A stretch of DNA of 64,000 nucleotides from Methanocaldococcus sp. 28A. Its GTDB lineage: Archaea; AGJL01; Methanococci; Methanococcales; Methanocaldococcaceae. Positions 1-13,013 of this stretch are shown piece by piece. The notes under the pieces were generated by a model. The model had not been told where the DNA came from and made no database searches. It saw only the letters and a program-made list of their open reading frames with translations. The translations under genes and the position numbers were made by a program. How positions within the stretch are numbered: the first letter of the stretch is position 1; each line of letters begins with the position of its first letter. The DNA lies in assembly GCA_049852185.1 (NCBI GenBank), contig CP187540.1; one strand, written 5' to 3'.

Positions 1-694
1 GAGATCAGAAAACATGCCATGGTATAAAGGTCCAACATTAGTTGAAGCATTAGATAAGTTCCAACCACCAGAAAAACCAATAAACTTACCATTAAGAATA
101 CCAATCCAAGATGTCTATTCAATTACTGGAGTTGGAACTGTCCCAGTTGGAAGAGTCGAAACAGGTATCTTAAGACCTGGGGATAAGGTAGTCTTTGAAC
201 CTGCAGGAGTTAGTGGAGAAGTTAAATCAATCGAAATGCACCACGAACAAATACCTCAAGCAGAACCTGGAGACAACATCGGATTCAACGTTAGAGGAGT
301 TAGTAAGAAAGACATTAAGAGAGGAGACGTCTGTGGACATCCAGACAACCCACCAACAGTTGCTGAAGAATTCACAGCTCAAATCGTTGTCTTACAACAC
401 CCAACAGCAATTACTGTTGGTTACACACCAGTCTTCCACGCACACACAGCACAAGTTGCATGTACATTTATAGAGTTATTGAAGAAATTAGACCCAAGAA
501 CAGGGCAAGTTATTGAAGAAAACCCACAATTCTTAAAAACAGGAGATGCTGCTATAGTTAAAATTAAACCAACAAAACCAATGGTCATTGAGAACGTTAG
601 AGAAATTCCACAATTAGGAAGATTCGCTATCAGAGATATGGGTATGACAATCGCTGCTGGTATGGCAATTGATGTTAAAGCTAAGAATAAATAA
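1..694 (+). CDS. tuf: Translation elongation factor EF-1 alpha (3' part; gene starts before window)
   Basis: [25 protein letters not shown] and GRFAIRDMG motifs; followed by rps10. Confidence 0.97.
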   Translation, partial: RSENMPWYKGPTLVEALDKFQPPEKPINLPLRIPIQDVYSITGVGTVPVGRVETGILRPGDKVVFEPAGVSGEVKSIEMHHEQIPQAEPGDNIGFNVRGVSKKDIKRGDVCGHPDNPPTVAEEFTAQIVVLQHPTAITVGYTPVFHAHTAQVACTFIELLKKLDPRTGQVIEENPQFLKTGDAAIVKIKPTKPMVIENVREIPQLGRFAIRDMGMTIAAGMAIDVKAKNK

Positions 695-774
695 ATCTAC
701 TTTCTAATTTTTAATTAATTTTTAAATCCTATTTTGTATTTTTTATATTCTTAAAGAGACTGAGAGGGAGGAGT

Positions 775-1080
775 ATGCAAAGAGCAAGAATTAGGTTATC
801 AAGTACAGACCACAAAGTTTTAGATGAAATTTGTAGACAAATAAAAGAGATTGCTGAAAAAACAGGAGTAGATATTTCAGGACCTATACCATTACCAACA
901 AAGGTATTAAGAGTTGTTACAAGAAAGAGTCCTGATGGAGAGGGTTCATCAACATTTGACAGATGGACAATGAAAATCCACAAAAGATTAATTGACATTG
1001 ATGCAGATGAGAGAGCTTTAAGACATATTATGAAAATAAGAATTCCAGACAATGTTCAAATAGAGATACAGTTTAAATAA
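775..1080 (+). CDS. rps10: 30S ribosomal protein S10
   Basis: GPIPLPT and IHKRLIDI motifs; GGAGG RBS; tuf-rps10 synteny. Confidence 0.97.
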   Translation: MQRARIRLSSTDHKVLDEICRQIKEIAEKTGVDISGPIPLPTKVLRVVTRKSPDGEGSSTFDRWTMKIHKRLIDIDADERALRHIMKIRIPDNVQIEIQFK

Positions 1081-1117
1081 GGCTATTTTTATAAAGTAAA
1101 TTTTCATAGGCAGGAGA

Positions 1118-1148
1118 CGTTGCAATCCGAACAATGAGGATTGCAACG
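1118..1148. terminator. 11-bp inverted repeat hairpin between convergent genes
   Basis: CGTTGCAATCC-N9-GGATTGCAACG followed by T tracts. Confidence 0.45.
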
Positions 1149-1174
1149 AATTATTTTTTTATTTTTTAATTTTG

Positions 1175-1831
1175 TTATTTAATTCCTCTTAATTTCTTAA
1201 ACAACCTAACTCTCTCAAGAATCTTTTTCTTTATCTCTTCAATTCCTTTACCTTCTTTCAATATAGCAGGAACTATAAATTTCCACTGATGCCATGGTGG
1301 CTGACATTTTAGATATTCACAGATGCCATCTAAAACTTCATCCCATTCATCTTTTTTTATCTTATCCATTTTATTTGCCACTAAAATTGGACTAATTTTC
1401 AAATCAGTTATAAAGTCAAACATCTCTAAATCAATTGGAATTTCTCCTCTTTCTTTCCATCTCTCAACAATTTCAAAAAATGCCTTTGCATCTATAATTT
1501 GAACTGCTGCAGCAATTTCATTAGCATGGTTTTCTATGTAATGAACAATCTCATCTTTAATCTTTTCTTGAACTTTTTTTGGCAACCCTGCCATATAACC
1601 AAAACCTGGCATATCTACTAAAATATACTCCCCCATATCATATTCATTAATTTTTAACGTAACTCCTGGTTTTTTTCCTACTCTAATATCTTTTCTTCCA
1701 GTCATTAATCTAACAAAAGTGGATTTACCAACATTACTTCTACCAACTACTATAACTTTTGGTTTTATTCTTTTTTCATTATATTTTTCTTTTAAATTTT
1801 TATATCTCTCAAAAAAGTTCATAATAACCAC
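1175..1831 (-). CDS. engB: GTP-binding protein, EngB/YihA family
   Basis: [17 protein letters not shown]-motifs. Confidence 0.9.
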   Translation of the reverse strand: MVIMNFFERYKNLKEKYNEKRIKPKVIVVGRSNVGKSTFVRLMTGRKDIRVGKKPGVTLKINEYDMGEYILVDMPGFGYMAGLPKKVQEKIKDEIVHYIENHANEIAAAVQIIDAKAFFEIVERWKERGEIPIDLEMFDFITDLKISPILVANKMDKIKKDEWDEVLDGICEYLKCQPPWHQWKFIVPAILKEGKGIEEIKKKILERVRLFKKLRGIK

Positions 1832-1883
1832 ATAAAACTATTTTTTAAATTTTAAAGTAAAAAGAATAGAATAAAGTATTTAA

Positions 1884-2177
1884 TTAATGTCTATCTTGTG
1901 GTGTTCTAACTTCTTCAATAATCTTTTTACCAGCAACAACTTCATCTATACTGTGTATAGTCCCTCCCAAACTTTCAATAATTTTCTGAATTTCATCGAA
2001 ATCTAAATTATTCCCTTCAATTGTTACTTTAACATTTTCTGTCTCTTTATCTATCTCATAAACTGTAATATTAACCCCATCAATATTTGATAATGATGTT
2101 AATCTTAACGCCATATCTGTTATTTTTGGCTCATGCGGCTTTAGTATATCTAAAACAATTCTTCTAATACCGTTCAA
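1884..2177 (-). CDS. Conserved archaeal DUF211-family protein
   Basis: [14 protein letters not shown]...[10 protein letters not shown]; TTG start with RBS. Confidence 0.8.
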   Translation of the reverse strand: MNGIRRIVLDILKPHEPKITDMALRLTSLSNIDGVNITVYEIDKETENVKVTIEGNNLDFDEIQKIIESLGGTIHSIDEVVAGKKIIEEVRTPQDRH

Positions 2178-2357
2178 TTTTATCCCTCTAATTCTTTTTA
2201 ATTAATTATTATTAGGTTAATTTATTATTGAATTATTTAAGGTTATTGTTAATATATTTTTATCTATAGATTCATAGAATATTAAGTTATCAAATGATAA
2301 GATATTAATAACACTTAAGATAAATTATAATTGTCAAAATCTTAATGGGGGGAAACT

Positions 2358-3263
2358 ATGGAAATAAATGGAGTATATATTGAAGATACATTTGCAGAAG
2401 CGTTCCCAATATGGGTGTCAAGAGTTTTAATAACAGCTGCTACAAAGAAATGGGCGAAGATTGCAGCTACAGAAGCTACTGGTTTTGGATGCTCTGTTAT
2501 AATGTGTCCAGCAGAGGCGGGAATTGAGAAGTATGTCCCACCATCAGAAACACCAGATGGAAGACCAGGATATATAATACAGATATGCCACCCTAAGAAG
2601 TCAGAATTAGAGCACCAAATGTTAGAGAGATTAGGACAGTGTGTATTGACATGCCCTACAACTGCTATTTTTGATGCTATGGGAGATAAAGCTGATGAGC
2701 AATTAAAAGTTGGATTTAAGTTGAAGTTTTTCGGAGACGGTTATGAAAAGAAAGATGAATTATATGGAAGGATAGTTTACAAAATCCCAATTATGGGAGG
2801 AGAGTTTATAACTGAGGCTAAGTTTGGAATTAAAAAAGGAGTTGCTGGAGGAAACTTCTTTATAATGGCAGATACAAATGCCTCTGCGTTAATTGCTGCT
2901 GAAGCTGCAGTTGATGCTATATCAAATGTTGAAGGAGTTATAACTCCATTCCCAGGAGGAGTTGTAGCTTCAGGAAGTAAAGTTGGAGCAAGCAATCCAA
3001 AATACAAGTTTATGGTAGCTACAACAAACCACAAAATGTGCCCAACATTGAAGGGTGTTGTTGAAGATTCAGAGATTCCAGAAGATGTAAATGGAGTTTA
3101 TGAGATAGTAATTGATGGAACTGATGAAGAAGCAGTTAAAGAGGCAATGAAACAAGGTATTTTAGCAGCTACAAAAGTTTCAGGAGTTAAGAAAATTACA
3201 GCTGGAAACTATGGAGGTAAGTTAGGTAAATATCAAATCAACTTAAGAGAATTATTTGAATAA
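2358..3263 (+). CDS. ftr: Formylmethanofuran--tetrahydromethanopterin formyltransferase
   Basis: [23 protein letters not shown] motifs. Confidence 0.96.
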   Translation: MEINGVYIEDTFAEAFPIWVSRVLITAATKKWAKIAATEATGFGCSVIMCPAEAGIEKYVPPSETPDGRPGYIIQICHPKKSELEHQMLERLGQCVLTCPTTAIFDAMGDKADEQLKVGFKLKFFGDGYEKKDELYGRIVYKIPIMGGEFITEAKFGIKKGVAGGNFFIMADTNASALIAAEAAVDAISNVEGVITPFPGGVVASGSKVGASNPKYKFMVATTNHKMCPTLKGVVEDSEIPEDVNGVYEIVIDGTDEEAVKEAMKQGILAATKVSGVKKITAGNYGGKLGKYQINLRELFE

Positions 3264-3286
3264 ATTTTCATTTTTGATTATTTTAA

Positions 3287-3420
3287 TTCGCAGGAATAAC
3301 TAATAATAACGAACTTTGATGCCAGAGGCATCTAAATACCTTATTTAAATTTAATATTATATAAACTGCGAAAGTCCTATAAGGTATTAATGAATGCCTT
3401 CCATAAGGAAGGCATTCAAA
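3287..3420. repeat. MITE-like dispersed repeat (R1 ends) plus GAATGCCTTCC-ATAA-GGAAGGCATTC hairpin
   Basis: TTCGCAGGAATA ... CTGCGAAAGTCCTAT ends recur at several intergenic sites. Confidence 0.65.
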
Positions 3421-3448
3421 TTTTCTTTTTAAACTTTATCAAATTTAT

Positions 3449-4051
3449 TCAAATTTTAATTTCAAAGTTTTTTAATTCTGATAGACTCATTCTTTCTTTT
3501 AAAAACTCTTTTGGAATTAAATATAGAAATTTTGGCTCATAAGGTTCCCCTTTTAATCCTAAAACAACTGCATCAATGTTTTTTGGATAATTTAGTTTTA
3601 TAATTTCATTTATTGGATATGATTTTTTATATATCGGATATATTTTGAATCCTTTAAAGTATATTCCATCATCTCTAAACTCTGCCCCAATACTTTTTAA
3701 ATAATAGACAAATGTTTTTGCATTTTCATCTAAATAATCTAATAAAGTGTTTATGTTGTTTGTTTCTATTTTACTATCATCTATCTTTATTCTCTTAGCA
3801 AAATTTATCTTTACCTCGCCATTTGTTGATGCATCTTCAATTTTTATCTTTTTCTTTCTAAGTTTATACCATATTTTTTTAAAAAATGACCTTATTTTAT
3901 ATTTTAATAACATATATCCTCCAAATATTGCCATTAGAATTAAAAATATTGGTAAAGCGATTAATGCCAAAATTACTAATAGCAATAAAATTAAAAATAT
4001 TAAAAAAATTCCTGTAATCCCGCTAACTCTATAAATCTTAACTTTCATCAA
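3449..4051 (-). CDS. Hypothetical protein with N-terminal membrane segment
   Basis: 200 aa ORF, long hydrophobic N-terminus, GAGG RBS. Confidence 0.7.
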   Translation of the reverse strand: MMKVKIYRVSGITGIFLIFLILLLLVILALIALPIFLILMAIFGGYMLLKYKIRSFFKKIWYKLRKKKIKIEDASTNGEVKINFAKRIKIDDSKIETNNINTLLDYLDENAKTFVYYLKSIGAEFRDDGIYFKGFKIYPIYKKSYPINEIIKLNYPKNIDAVVLGLKGEPYEPKFLYLIPKEFLKERMSLSELKNFEIKI

Positions 4052-4056
4052 TATCC

Positions 4057-4185
4057 CTCAAAGAGTTTTTTATAATTAGGACTCTCACAATTTATATATT
4101 ATATATTTTATATATTTACTAATGAAAAAATTATGCTAAGGGCATCAACTATTTTTTATTAACATTTATTCCTGCGAAAGTTCTA
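4057..4185. repeat. MITE-like repeat R1 overlapping the 3' end of the PP-loop gene
   Basis: TAGGACTCTCACAATTTATA ... TATTCCTGCGAAAGTTCTA inverted ends. Confidence 0.55.
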
Positions 4186-5036
4186 ATTAATCTTATGTAT
4201 TCTTCTTTTTTTGGCTCCGTTATAATCTTTTTAGAGGGCAGTTTTATAGATGCCCTAAATCCATATTTTCTTGCTATTTCAGTGGCTATTTTGTTATATC
4301 TATAGAGTTCATTAAAGAGTTTCTCATTTAATTGGGCATTTTCATCGGCATACTGCAAACAACACCCCTCCCTCCAAAATCCTATCTTGTCTCCAACTTC
4401 ATGAGCTCTCTCTATCTTTAGGTTATAATAATTCATTAAATTTAAAACATCTTCAAAAGCCAACCTTATCAAAGGTCTAAAAAATAAGATTTCTTTATCT
4501 TTCCCCTTGCTATATTTTTGAGGCACAGAAGTTAGTTCCATTTTGTTATATATTACTTCTCCATAAACTTCTCTCAAATAATTCATAACCGCTCCTGAAA
4601 TTTTCTCGAGAGCTGAATCTCCAGTCATAATTATCCTAATTCCTTTTTCTTTAGCTATATCAACAGCCTTATCTTTCATTATATTTTTACATATTCTACA
4701 TATCCTACTCCCTTTAGCTCCTTTAGTTCTTTTTAACAATTCTTCTGTTATATCATAAAATATTACTGGAATTCCAAATCTCTTTGAGAGTTTTTCAACC
4801 ATTTTTTTTGAAATATCCCAACTCCATCTATGGTAGAAATGTATTATATACTTTATATTTAATCCCAAATCCTTAGCTAAGGCTATAGCTGTTGAGCTAT
4901 CTTTTCCACCACTTGCCATAACTACAATTCCATCATTTAAAACATCTTTTTCTTTAAATTGATTTATAATGTCTATTTTTAATTCTTCTAAGCTGTTTAA
5001 TTTTCTTTTATTTTTTGTCCATTCTGAAAATTCCAT
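4149..5036 (-). CDS. PP-loop ATPase (QueC/TtcA-like superfamily)
   Basis: SGGKDS PP-loop, CxxC, RPL motif. Confidence 0.8.
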   Translation of the reverse strand: MEFSEWTKNKRKLNSLEELKIDIINQFKEKDVLNDGIVVMASGGKDSSTAIALAKDLGLNIKYIIHFYHRWSWDISKKMVEKLSKRFGIPVIFYDITEELLKRTKGAKGSRICRICKNIMKDKAVDIAKEKGIRIIMTGDSALEKISGAVMNYLREVYGEVIYNKMELTSVPQKYSKGKDKEILFFRPLIRLAFEDVLNLMNYYNLKIERAHEVGDKIGFWREGCCLQYADENAQLNEKLFNELYRYNKIATEIARKYGFRASIKLPSKKIITEPKKEEYIRLIRTFAGINVNKK

Positions 5037-5211
5037 ATTTTCACATGTGCTGTTTTATTTAATAAATTTATTTAATAAATAATAGTAAAATATTTATCTT
5101 GCAATTATTAAAATTGGATGTTCATAAAATATGAACTTTAATTCCAAATAGAAAACTTTATATACTACAGATGTATAGTTTTTAAACATATAGCTTTAGT
5201 GAGGTGATAAT

Positions 5212-6354
5212 GTGAGAAAGTTCGTTGCCCTATTATTGGGGCTAATATTAATCGTTCCAATAGTAAGTTTGTGTGGATGTGTAAATGGTAATCAAAGTTC
5301 TAATACACAAACTACAAACGAGCAAACTACAAAAATTATTATAATTAGAACTACAGGAGCTACTTTCCCTAAATACCAAATCCAAAAATGGATAGATACT
5401 TATCAAAAATTACATCCAAATGTTAAAATTGAATATGAAGGGGGAGGTAGTGGATATGGGCAAGAGGCATTTTTAAAAGGATTAACTGATATTGGGAGAA
5501 GTGACCCACCTGTTAAAGAAATCATGTGGAAAAAATTTTTACAAACTGGAGACCAACCATTACAATTTCCAGAAATTGTTGGGGCAGTTGTTGTAACTTA
5601 CAATATTCCTGAAATAGGAAACAAAACGTTAAAATTAAGTAGAGATGTATTAGCAGATATATTTTTAGGTAAGATTAAGTATTGGGATGATGAAAGAATA
5701 AAGAAACTAAATCCAGATATTGCTGATAAATTACCACATAAAGAAATTATAGTTATTCATAGAAGTGATGCTAGTGGAACTACAGCAATATTTACAACAT
5801 ATTTAAGTTTAGTTAGTAAAGAATGGGCTGAAAAAGTAGGTGCTGGAAAATTAGTTCAATGGCCAGTTGATAACATGGGTAGAGGAGTCGCTGGAAAAGG
5901 AAATACAGGAGTTGTTGCCATATTGAAAAAAACTCCTTACTCAATTGCATATACAGAACTTTCTTATGCAATTGAAGATAAATTACCTGTTGCTGCATTA
6001 GAAAATAAAAATGGCAATTTTGTTAAACCAACAGATGAAACAATAAAAGCAGCAGTTTCAGAAGTTAAAGCATATATTCCAAAGCCAACAGAAGGTTATA
6101 AAGAAAACCTAACACAATTGTTAGATGCACCTGGAAACAATTCATATCCAATTGTTGCCTTCACTCACTTATTAGTTTGGGAAAACAAAAATGGTAAGCA
6201 CTACTCTCCAGAAAAAGCTAAAGCTATAAAGGACTTCTTAGAATGGATATTAACTGATGGACAAAAACCAGAAAACTTAGCTCCGGGATATGTAGGATTA
6301 CCTAAAGATGTAGCAAAGATTGGTTTAGATGCTGTAAATATGATTAAAGAATAG
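5212..6354 (+). CDS. pstS: Phosphate ABC transporter substrate-binding lipoprotein
   Basis: Signal peptide with SLCGC; GATFP, GGGSGYG, RSDASGTT. Confidence 0.95.
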   Translation: MRKFVALLLGLILIVPIVSLCGCVNGNQSSNTQTTNEQTTKIIIIRTTGATFPKYQIQKWIDTYQKLHPNVKIEYEGGGSGYGQEAFLKGLTDIGRSDPPVKEIMWKKFLQTGDQPLQFPEIVGAVVVTYNIPEIGNKTLKLSRDVLADIFLGKIKYWDDERIKKLNPDIADKLPHKEIIVIHRSDASGTTAIFTTYLSLVSKEWAEKVGAGKLVQWPVDNMGRGVAGKGNTGVVAILKKTPYSIAYTELSYAIEDKLPVAALENKNGNFVKPTDETIKAAVSEVKAYIPKPTEGYKENLTQLLDAPGNNSYPIVAFTHLLVWENKNGKHYSPEKAKAIKDFLEWILTDGQKPENLAPGYVGLPKDVAKIGLDAVNMIKE

Positions 6355-6469
6355 ATTAGTCAAATGGATATTTTGGACTTTTTTTATCCTTTTAATTATT
6401 TTTTAGTTTTTTCCTAGTTAAATAAATTTAAAAATATTAAAAATAATAATAACTTCAAAATTTTTTATT

Positions 6470-6541
6470 ATAGGTCTTTCGTAATATATATTTAATAGCT
6501 TCAAAAATACCTTCTAATATTTATTCCTATGAAAGTCCTAT
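6470..6541. repeat. Degenerate MITE-like repeat R1
   Basis: ATAGGTCTTTCGTA ... TATGAAAGTCCTAT inverted ends. Confidence 0.5.
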
Positions 6542-6589
6542 ATTATTCCAGCCTTTATTTACTCTTAGGCTGTATAAGGAGGTAACAAT

Positions 6590-7528
6590 ATGAACATAAA
6601 GGAATTAATAAAAAAAATGGATGGATTCAAAATAATTACTTTCCCCTCAATAGTTATAGTATTTATAATATTTGCATTAATGTTAGGATTCTATTTTTAC
6701 AATGCAATTCCAGCAATAAAGCATTTTGGTATTGACTTATTTATAAAAAATGTATGGATTGCTGCTGAAGAGGCTTCTAAAGAAGTTTATGGATTAGCAG
6801 CACCTATATGGGGTAGTATTTATACCGCAACTATTGCTGTTTTAATTGCTCTACCTCTTGCTATAGGATATGCTATATTTGTCAATGACTATGCTCCTAA
6901 GAAGTTAAAATTTCCTTTAATTATTATTTCGGATATTATGGCTGGACTTCCCACAATTATTTATGGTATTTGGGGGGCTTTTATATTGGTACCTCTATTA
7001 AGAGACTATATTATGAAATTTTTATATGAACATTTTTCTTTCATTCCATTATTTAACTATCCTCCATTATCTGGATATTCCTATTTATCTGCAGGTGTTT
7101 TGTTAGGAATAATGGTAACGCCATTTGCTGCTGCAATAATTAGAGAGGCTTATGCAATGATTCCGTCAGTTTATAAAGAAGGATTGATTGCATTAGGAGC
7201 GACAAGATATGAAACTACCAAAGTTTTAATAAAATATATAAGACCTGCCATAATTTCAGGACTTATTTTGGCATTTGGTAGAGCGTTAGGAGAAACTGTT
7301 GCAGTGTCCTTAGTTATAGGAAATTCATTTAACTTAACTTACAAATTGTTTGCTCCAGGATATACTATTTCATCATTAATAGCAAATCAATTTGGAAACG
7401 CTGCCCTTTATGAATATATGACCTCTACCTTATACGCTGCTGGATTGGTGTTGTTCGTAATTGGATTAATAGTAAATCTTATTGGAATCTATTACTTAAA
7501 GAGGTGGAGAGAGTATGTCTCTCATTAA
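6590..7528 (+). CDS. pstC: Phosphate ABC transporter permease
   Basis: Multi-TM; PTIIYGIWG, ALGAT, GRALGETVAV. Confidence 0.95.
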   Translation: MNIKELIKKMDGFKIITFPSIVIVFIIFALMLGFYFYNAIPAIKHFGIDLFIKNVWIAAEEASKEVYGLAAPIWGSIYTATIAVLIALPLAIGYAIFVNDYAPKKLKFPLIIISDIMAGLPTIIYGIWGAFILVPLLRDYIMKFLYEHFSFIPLFNYPPLSGYSYLSAGVLLGIMVTPFAAAIIREAYAMIPSVYKEGLIALGATRYETTKVLIKYIRPAIISGLILAFGRALGETVAVSLVIGNSFNLTYKLFAPGYTISSLIANQFGNAALYEYMTSTLYAAGLVLFVIGLIVNLIGIYYLKRWREYVSH

Positions 7529-8360
7529 CTATAAAACAATTAGAATGATTAAAGATAAAATATTTCTATTAGTTGTAGGAATTTTGACCTTATTATCCAT
7601 TGTGCCATTGTTTCATATAATATATTCAATCATTGTAAAAGGTTTGCCAGTTATATTAGAAAGGGGATTAACATTTATAACAGGAACACTGAGTGAAGGA
7701 GGAATAGGTCCCGCAATAGTTGGGACACTTATGCTAACATTATTAGCCTCTCTTATAGGACTTCCATTGGCATTCTTAGCAGGAACTTATGTTTATGAGT
7801 TTCCTAATAGTTTTATTGGTAGAACTACAAAGGTTTTATTACAGATACTGTTAGAGTTTCCTACTATATTAGTGGGAACGTTTGTTATGGGCATTCTTGT
7901 AGTTCCTATGGGAACTTACTCTGCAATTGCTGGGGCTTTGGCATTGGCTTTAATCTTAACTCCTTATGTTGCAGTCTATACAGAGGAAGCTATGTCAGAA
8001 GTGCCAAGAATATATAAAGAAGGAGGTTATGCCTTAGGATGTACAAGAGCACAGGTTATATTTAAGGTCATTACAAAGATGGCTAAAAAAGGGATTTTAA
8101 CAGGAGTTTTAATAGGTATGGCAAAAGTTGCAGGAGAAACCGCTCCTCTTCTATTTACTGCTGGAGGATTATATGAAACCTACCCTACTAATCCATTAGA
8201 GCCTGTTGGAGCTATTCCTCTATTAATTTATACATTAGTCCAAAGTCCTTCCATAGAAGACCATAAAATGGCTTGGGGGGCAGCATTAGTAATGTTAATA
8301 ATATTCTTAGCAATCTTTATTCCAATAAGATACAGTTTAAAGGATGATATAAAATTGTAA
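7515..8360 (+). CDS. pstA: Phosphate ABC transporter permease
   Basis: Multi-TM; AGETAPLLFT. Confidence 0.95.
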   Translation: MSLINYKTIRMIKDKIFLLVVGILTLLSIVPLFHIIYSIIVKGLPVILERGLTFITGTLSEGGIGPAIVGTLMLTLLASLIGLPLAFLAGTYVYEFPNSFIGRTTKVLLQILLEFPTILVGTFVMGILVVPMGTYSAIAGALALALILTPYVAVYTEEAMSEVPRIYKEGGYALGCTRAQVIFKVITKMAKKGILTGVLIGMAKVAGETAPLLFTAGGLYETYPTNPLEPVGAIPLLIYTLVQSPSIEDHKMAWGAALVMLIIFLAIFIPIRYSLKDDIKL

Positions 8361-8403
8361 AAAATAATTAAAAGTAATAAAAAAGTAAAAAAAGTAGTAA
8401 GTA

Positions 8404-9171
8404 GTGGTAATTATGGAAAAAATAAAGATAGAGACAAAAAATTTAAGTTTGTGGTATGGGGAGAAACAGGCTTTATTTGATATAAATTTACCAATATATG
8501 AGAAAAAGATAACCGCTTTAATAGGTCCAAGTGGTTGTGGGAAATCAACATTTCTAAGATGTTTAAATAGATTAAATGACTTAATACCAAATGTTAGAAT
8601 AGAAGGAAAGGTTTTATTAGATGGAAAAAATATTTATGATAAAGATGTTGATGTGTATGAGTTAAGAAAAAGAGTTGGAATGGTTTTCCAAAAACCTAAT
8701 CCTTTTGCTATGAGTATTTATGATAATGTTGCCTTTGGTCCAAGAATTCATGGAATTAAAGATAAGAAAAAATTAGATAAAATAGTAGAATGGGCTTTAA
8801 AAAAAGCTGCTCTTTGGGATGAAGTTAAAGATGAATTACATAAAAATGCCTTATCTTTATCAGGAGGACAACAGCAAAGACTTTGCATAGCGAGAGCAAT
8901 AGCCGTGAAGCCAGAGGTCTTATTAATGGATGAGCCAACATCTGCCTTAGACCCTATTTCAACTTTAAAGATTGAAGAGTTAATGGTAGAATTGGCTAAG
9001 GATTATACAATAGTTGTTGTTACCCACAACATGCAACAAGCAAGTAGAGTTTCAGATTATACAGCATTTTTCTTAATGGGTAAGTTAATTGAGTTTGGAG
9101 AAACAGAGCAGATATTCTTGAATCCTCAAAAGAAGGAAACAGATGATTATATTAGTGGTAGATTTGGTTAA
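8404..9171 (+). CDS. pstB: Phosphate ABC transporter ATPase
   Basis: [31 protein letters not shown]. Confidence 0.96.
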   Translation: MVIMEKIKIETKNLSLWYGEKQALFDINLPIYEKKITALIGPSGCGKSTFLRCLNRLNDLIPNVRIEGKVLLDGKNIYDKDVDVYELRKRVGMVFQKPNPFAMSIYDNVAFGPRIHGIKDKKKLDKIVEWALKKAALWDEVKDELHKNALSLSGGQQQRLCIARAIAVKPEVLLMDEPTSALDPISTLKIEELMVELAKDYTIVVVTHNMQQASRVSDYTAFFLMGKLIEFGETEQIFLNPQKKETDDYISGRFG

Positions 9172-9193
9172 AACTTTTGATTGGTGAATACTT

Positions 9194-9865
9194 ATGGTAA
9201 AAAAATTTGATGAAGTATTAAAAGAAATAGAAAAAGATTTAATAAAGATGGGTGATTTGTGTATTGAGCAAATAGAAAATGCTATAAAAGCATTTACAGA
9301 AGGAGATAGAGAGCTTGCAAAACAAGTTAGAAAGAAAGATAATGATATTGATTTAATGGAAATTGAGATTGAAGATAAGTGTGTTAAAGCTATTGCCTTA
9401 TATCATCCAGTATCTGGAGATTTAAGAGAGATTATGACTGCTATCAAAATATCATCAAAGTTAGAGAAAGTTGGAGATAATGCATCAAAGATATGTAAAA
9501 TATTGCTAAAATCCAATATAGACGGAAAGAGAAAAAATGAATTATTAATAGTTATGAAAGATTATTTAGTTAATATGCTAAGAAATGCAATGATTTCATT
9601 TAAAAATAGAGATGAGAAGTTAGCAAGAGATGTTTATGAGATGGATAAAAGGTTGGATGATTTATATGAGCAACTATATAGGAGTATGATAAGCAAAATC
9701 TTAGAAGACCCAAAAAATTTAACCTTAGCTACTGAAATAATCTTTGTAGCGAAATATTTAGAGAGGAGTGGAAATATAGTAGCTTCAATAGGAGATAGAG
9801 TTGTTTATATGATTACAGGAGAGAGAATAAAAGAAGAAGAATTAGAAGAAAAAATGAATCAATAA
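9194..9865 (+). CDS. phoU: Phosphate uptake regulator
   Basis: Two PhoU repeats (LEKVGD, LERSGN); operon position. Confidence 0.92.
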   Translation: MVKKFDEVLKEIEKDLIKMGDLCIEQIENAIKAFTEGDRELAKQVRKKDNDIDLMEIEIEDKCVKAIALYHPVSGDLREIMTAIKISSKLEKVGDNASKICKILLKSNIDGKRKNELLIVMKDYLVNMLRNAMISFKNRDEKLARDVYEMDKRLDDLYEQLYRSMISKILEDPKNLTLATEIIFVAKYLERSGNIVASIGDRVVYMITGERIKEEELEEKMNQ

Positions 9866-10033
9866 CTTTTTCATAACAGGACTTTCACATGGATGATTTT
9901 TTATTGAACAATGAACACCTATAAGAAAAGTTGATAATGTAATATAATAAACAGTATAAAATCAAAAATATTAAAATATATTTAGATTTAAAACAAATAA
10001 GAAGGTTTAAAAATTAAAGATTTCTTAAAATTT

Positions 10034-11296
10034 TTACTTAGTTTTTATTAAATTAGTTAATTCATCCATGTTGATTAATTTCTGTTCTCCTGTAACCATA
10101 TCCTTTAAAGTTACTTTATTTTCATTAAGCTCTTTCTCTCCAACAATAATTACTTTCTTAAATCCTCTCGAATTTGCATAATCCAAAGCTTTTCTCAACT
10201 TTCTACCCATAATTTCAAGTTCTACAATTTTTCCAGTTTTTCTTAACTTATCAGCTATAATTAGAGATTTTTTAATTAATTCCTTATCTTTTTTTACTGG
10301 GATTATTAAAATATTCTCTTCTTCAATATTTAAGTCATCAATATTCATCATAATTCTATCAAATCCATAGGCAAAACCAACTGCTGGTGTTGGCTCTCCT
10401 CCAAATGTTTCTATTAAATTATCATATCTCCCCCCACCACATATCTGCTTAGCTCCTTTCTTTCCATATATCTCAAATACCATTCCAGTATAATAGTCTA
10501 AACCTCTTGCAATTCCAAAGTTTATTGTATATTTATCATGAATAACAAACTCTAAAATCTCTTCTAAGTTATTTATTGCCTCTATAGATTTTGGGAAATC
10601 TTTCAATATCTCCTTTAGTTCATCTAAAATCTCTCTCCTCCCTTTAAATTTTAATATATCAAATATTATCTCCTTCTTTTCTTCCCCTAAGATTTGAGTT
10701 AAATATTTCTCTAAATTTTCATAATCCTCTTTATCTATCAACCTTCTTATTTTAACTTCTTCTTCCTCACTAACATTAAACTTCTCTAAAACTCCCTTTA
10801 AAACTCCCAAATGACCAATATGAACATCAAAATCCAAACCAATATTTATTAAACCATCCATCGCTAAATTCAAAACTTCAGCATCTGCTAACGGCTCTTT
10901 ACAACCTATTAACTCACAACCCATCTGCCAAAACTCTCTAAATCTTCCAGCTTGAGGTCTCTCATATCTAAAGCAATTAGCAAAATAATATAATCTTAAA
11001 GGTTTCTGTAAATTCTTTAATTCATTTAAATAGAATCTTACAACTGGGGATGTCATTTCAGGTCTTAATGCTATTTCTCTTCCACCATGGTCTTTAAAAA
11101 CATAAAGTTGTTTTCTAATCTCTTCTCCTGTTTTTTTAGCAATTAACTCAAAACTTTCAAAGGTTGGTGTTAATATCTCTCTATATCCATATCTCTCAAA
11201 AACTTCCCTCAACTTATTTTCAATAAATCTCCTTTTTTTCATTTCTTCTGGTAAAAAATCCCTTGTCCCTCTCGGTTTTTGGAACATAACTATCAA
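10034..11296 (-). CDS. hisS: Histidine--tRNA ligase
   Basis: [27 protein letters not shown]. Confidence 0.97.
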   Translation of the reverse strand: MIVMFQKPRGTRDFLPEEMKKRRFIENKLREVFERYGYREILTPTFESFELIAKKTGEEIRKQLYVFKDHGGREIALRPEMTSPVVRFYLNELKNLQKPLRLYYFANCFRYERPQAGRFREFWQMGCELIGCKEPLADAEVLNLAMDGLINIGLDFDVHIGHLGVLKGVLEKFNVSEEEEVKIRRLIDKEDYENLEKYLTQILGEEKKEIIFDILKFKGRREILDELKEILKDFPKSIEAINNLEEILEFVIHDKYTINFGIARGLDYYTGMVFEIYGKKGAKQICGGGRYDNLIETFGGEPTPAVGFAYGFDRIMMNIDDLNIEEENILIIPVKKDKELIKKSLIIADKLRKTGKIVELEIMGRKLRKALDYANSRGFKKVIIVGEKELNENKVTLKDMVTGEQKLINMDELTNLIKTK

Positions 11297-11530
11297 CCTA
11301 ATAAATTTTTAATATATAGAAGCATGACGTTGTATCTATATCTTTAACCTATTATTTCATTATAACTACTAAGTTGTTTCTATATATACTCCATTATTAT
11401 ACATTTTTGGCTTAGAATAAAAAAGAAAATTGCTATATGGGCTCAGTACGTATTTTTAGGGTACTTTTCTGAGTTTCAATAATAGGAATTATAATTAAGT
11501 AATAATCAATAATAAAAAAATTAAAAAATA

Positions 11531-12841
11531 TCAGAATGGACACCTGAAGTTTCTTCCAGCATATTTGCTTAATCCTAATTCCTGCTCAATTCTAATTAGT
11601 TGGTTGTATTTAGACGTTCTTTCCCCTCTTGCAGGAGCTCCTGTTTTTATCTGTCCAGAGTTCAAAGATACTGCTAAATCAGCTATTGTTGTATCTTCAG
11701 TTTCTCCACTTCTGTGTGAAACTATAACACCATAACCATTTCTAAATGCTAAATTAGCAGCATCAACAGCTTCACTTAATGTTCCAATTTGATTAACCTT
11801 TAATAATAAAGCATTTGCAGCTCTTTTTTCTATGCCTTTTTTCAATCTCTCAGTATTTGTAACGAACAAGTCATCTCCAACTATCTGTATATCTAACTCT
11901 TTAGTTATCAACGCAAAGCCCTCAAAATCTTCCTCATGGAATGGGTCCTCAATTGAAACTATTGGATATTCTTCAACTAAAGCTTTATAATAATCTAAAA
12001 GCTCCTCTCTTGTTAATTTTTTGCCTTCAACATTATAGTATCCGTCTTTATAAAACTCTGAAGCAGCAGCATCTAACGCAAAGACAATTTCATCCTCATA
12101 TCCTGCCTTTTTAACACTTTCAGTTAATAAATCTAAGGCCTCTCTTGATGTTTTTAATGGAGGAGCAAAACCTCCCTCATCTCCAACATTTACAGCATTT
12201 TTACCATATTTTTCCATGATAACATTTTTTAATACATGATAGACCTCTGAACCCATCCTTACAGCTTCAGATATTGATGTAGCTCCAACAGGCATTATCA
12301 TAAACTCTTGTAAATCTAAATCATTTCCAGCATGTTTACCTCCATTTATAACGTTCATCATTGGAACAGGCATAACAAAAGAGTTAAAGCCCCCTAAGTA
12401 TTTATACAATGGCATTTTTGCTGTTGCTGCTGCTGCCTTTGCTACAGCTAAAGAAACAGCTAATATTGCATTAGCCCCTAACTTTGATTTGTTTGGTGTT
12501 CCGTCCAATTGAATCATTATATTATCTATCTCTCTCTGCATTCTTGCATCATATCCTAAAAGTTCTGGTCTAATTATTGAATTAACATTTTCAACAGCCA
12601 TTAAAACTCCTTTTCCGCCAAATCTCTTTTCTTTATCTCTCAACTCTAATGCCTCATGTGTCCCAGTTGATGCACCACTTGGAACAATAGCTGAACCATA
12701 ACCATTTCCTTTTGTTATAACTTCCACTTCAACTGTTGGGTTTCCTCTTGAATCAATAACTTCTCTTGCAACAATTTCTTTAATTTCAAATCTCTCATCC
12801 ATGTTGTATAACAAATTATCACCCTCCAAATTAGTGCTCAA
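11531..12841 (-). CDS. eno: Enolase (true start probably the internal ATG of MDERF)
   Basis: [21 protein letters not shown]. Confidence 0.97.
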   Translation of the reverse strand: MSTNLEGDNLLYNMDERFEIKEIVAREVIDSRGNPTVEVEVITKGNGYGSAIVPSGASTGTHEALELRDKEKRFGGKGVLMAVENVNSIIRPELLGYDARMQREIDNIMIQLDGTPNKSKLGANAILAVSLAVAKAAAATAKMPLYKYLGGFNSFVMPVPMMNVINGGKHAGNDLDLQEFMIMPVGATSISEAVRMGSEVYHVLKNVIMEKYGKNAVNVGDEGGFAPPLKTSREALDLLTESVKKAGYEDEIVFALDAAASEFYKDGYYNVEGKKLTREELLDYYKALVEEYPIVSIEDPFHEEDFEGFALITKELDIQIVGDDLFVTNTERLKKGIEKRAANALLLKVNQIGTLSEAVDAANLAFRNGYGVIVSHRSGETEDTTIADLAVSLNSGQIKTGAPARGERTSKYNQLIRIEQELGLSKYAGRNFRCPF

Positions 12842-12896
12842 ACTTATATATAGGTCAGTTATTTATAAGTTTTTATATACCTTTAAAGAGACTACT

Positions 12897-13002
12897 TATA
12901 GTTTTGTGCAAAAGTTTTTATAATTAAATAAGGGATTAATGGATGTCATCCTTTTAGAAGACATTCAAAATTTCCTTAAACTTTATTTTGCACACAACTA
13001 TA
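12897..13002. repeat. MITE-like repeat R2
   Basis: TATAGTTTTGTGCAAAA ... TTTTGCACACAACTATA inverted ends. Confidence 0.65.
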
Positions 13003-13013
13003 TTGGTGATAGC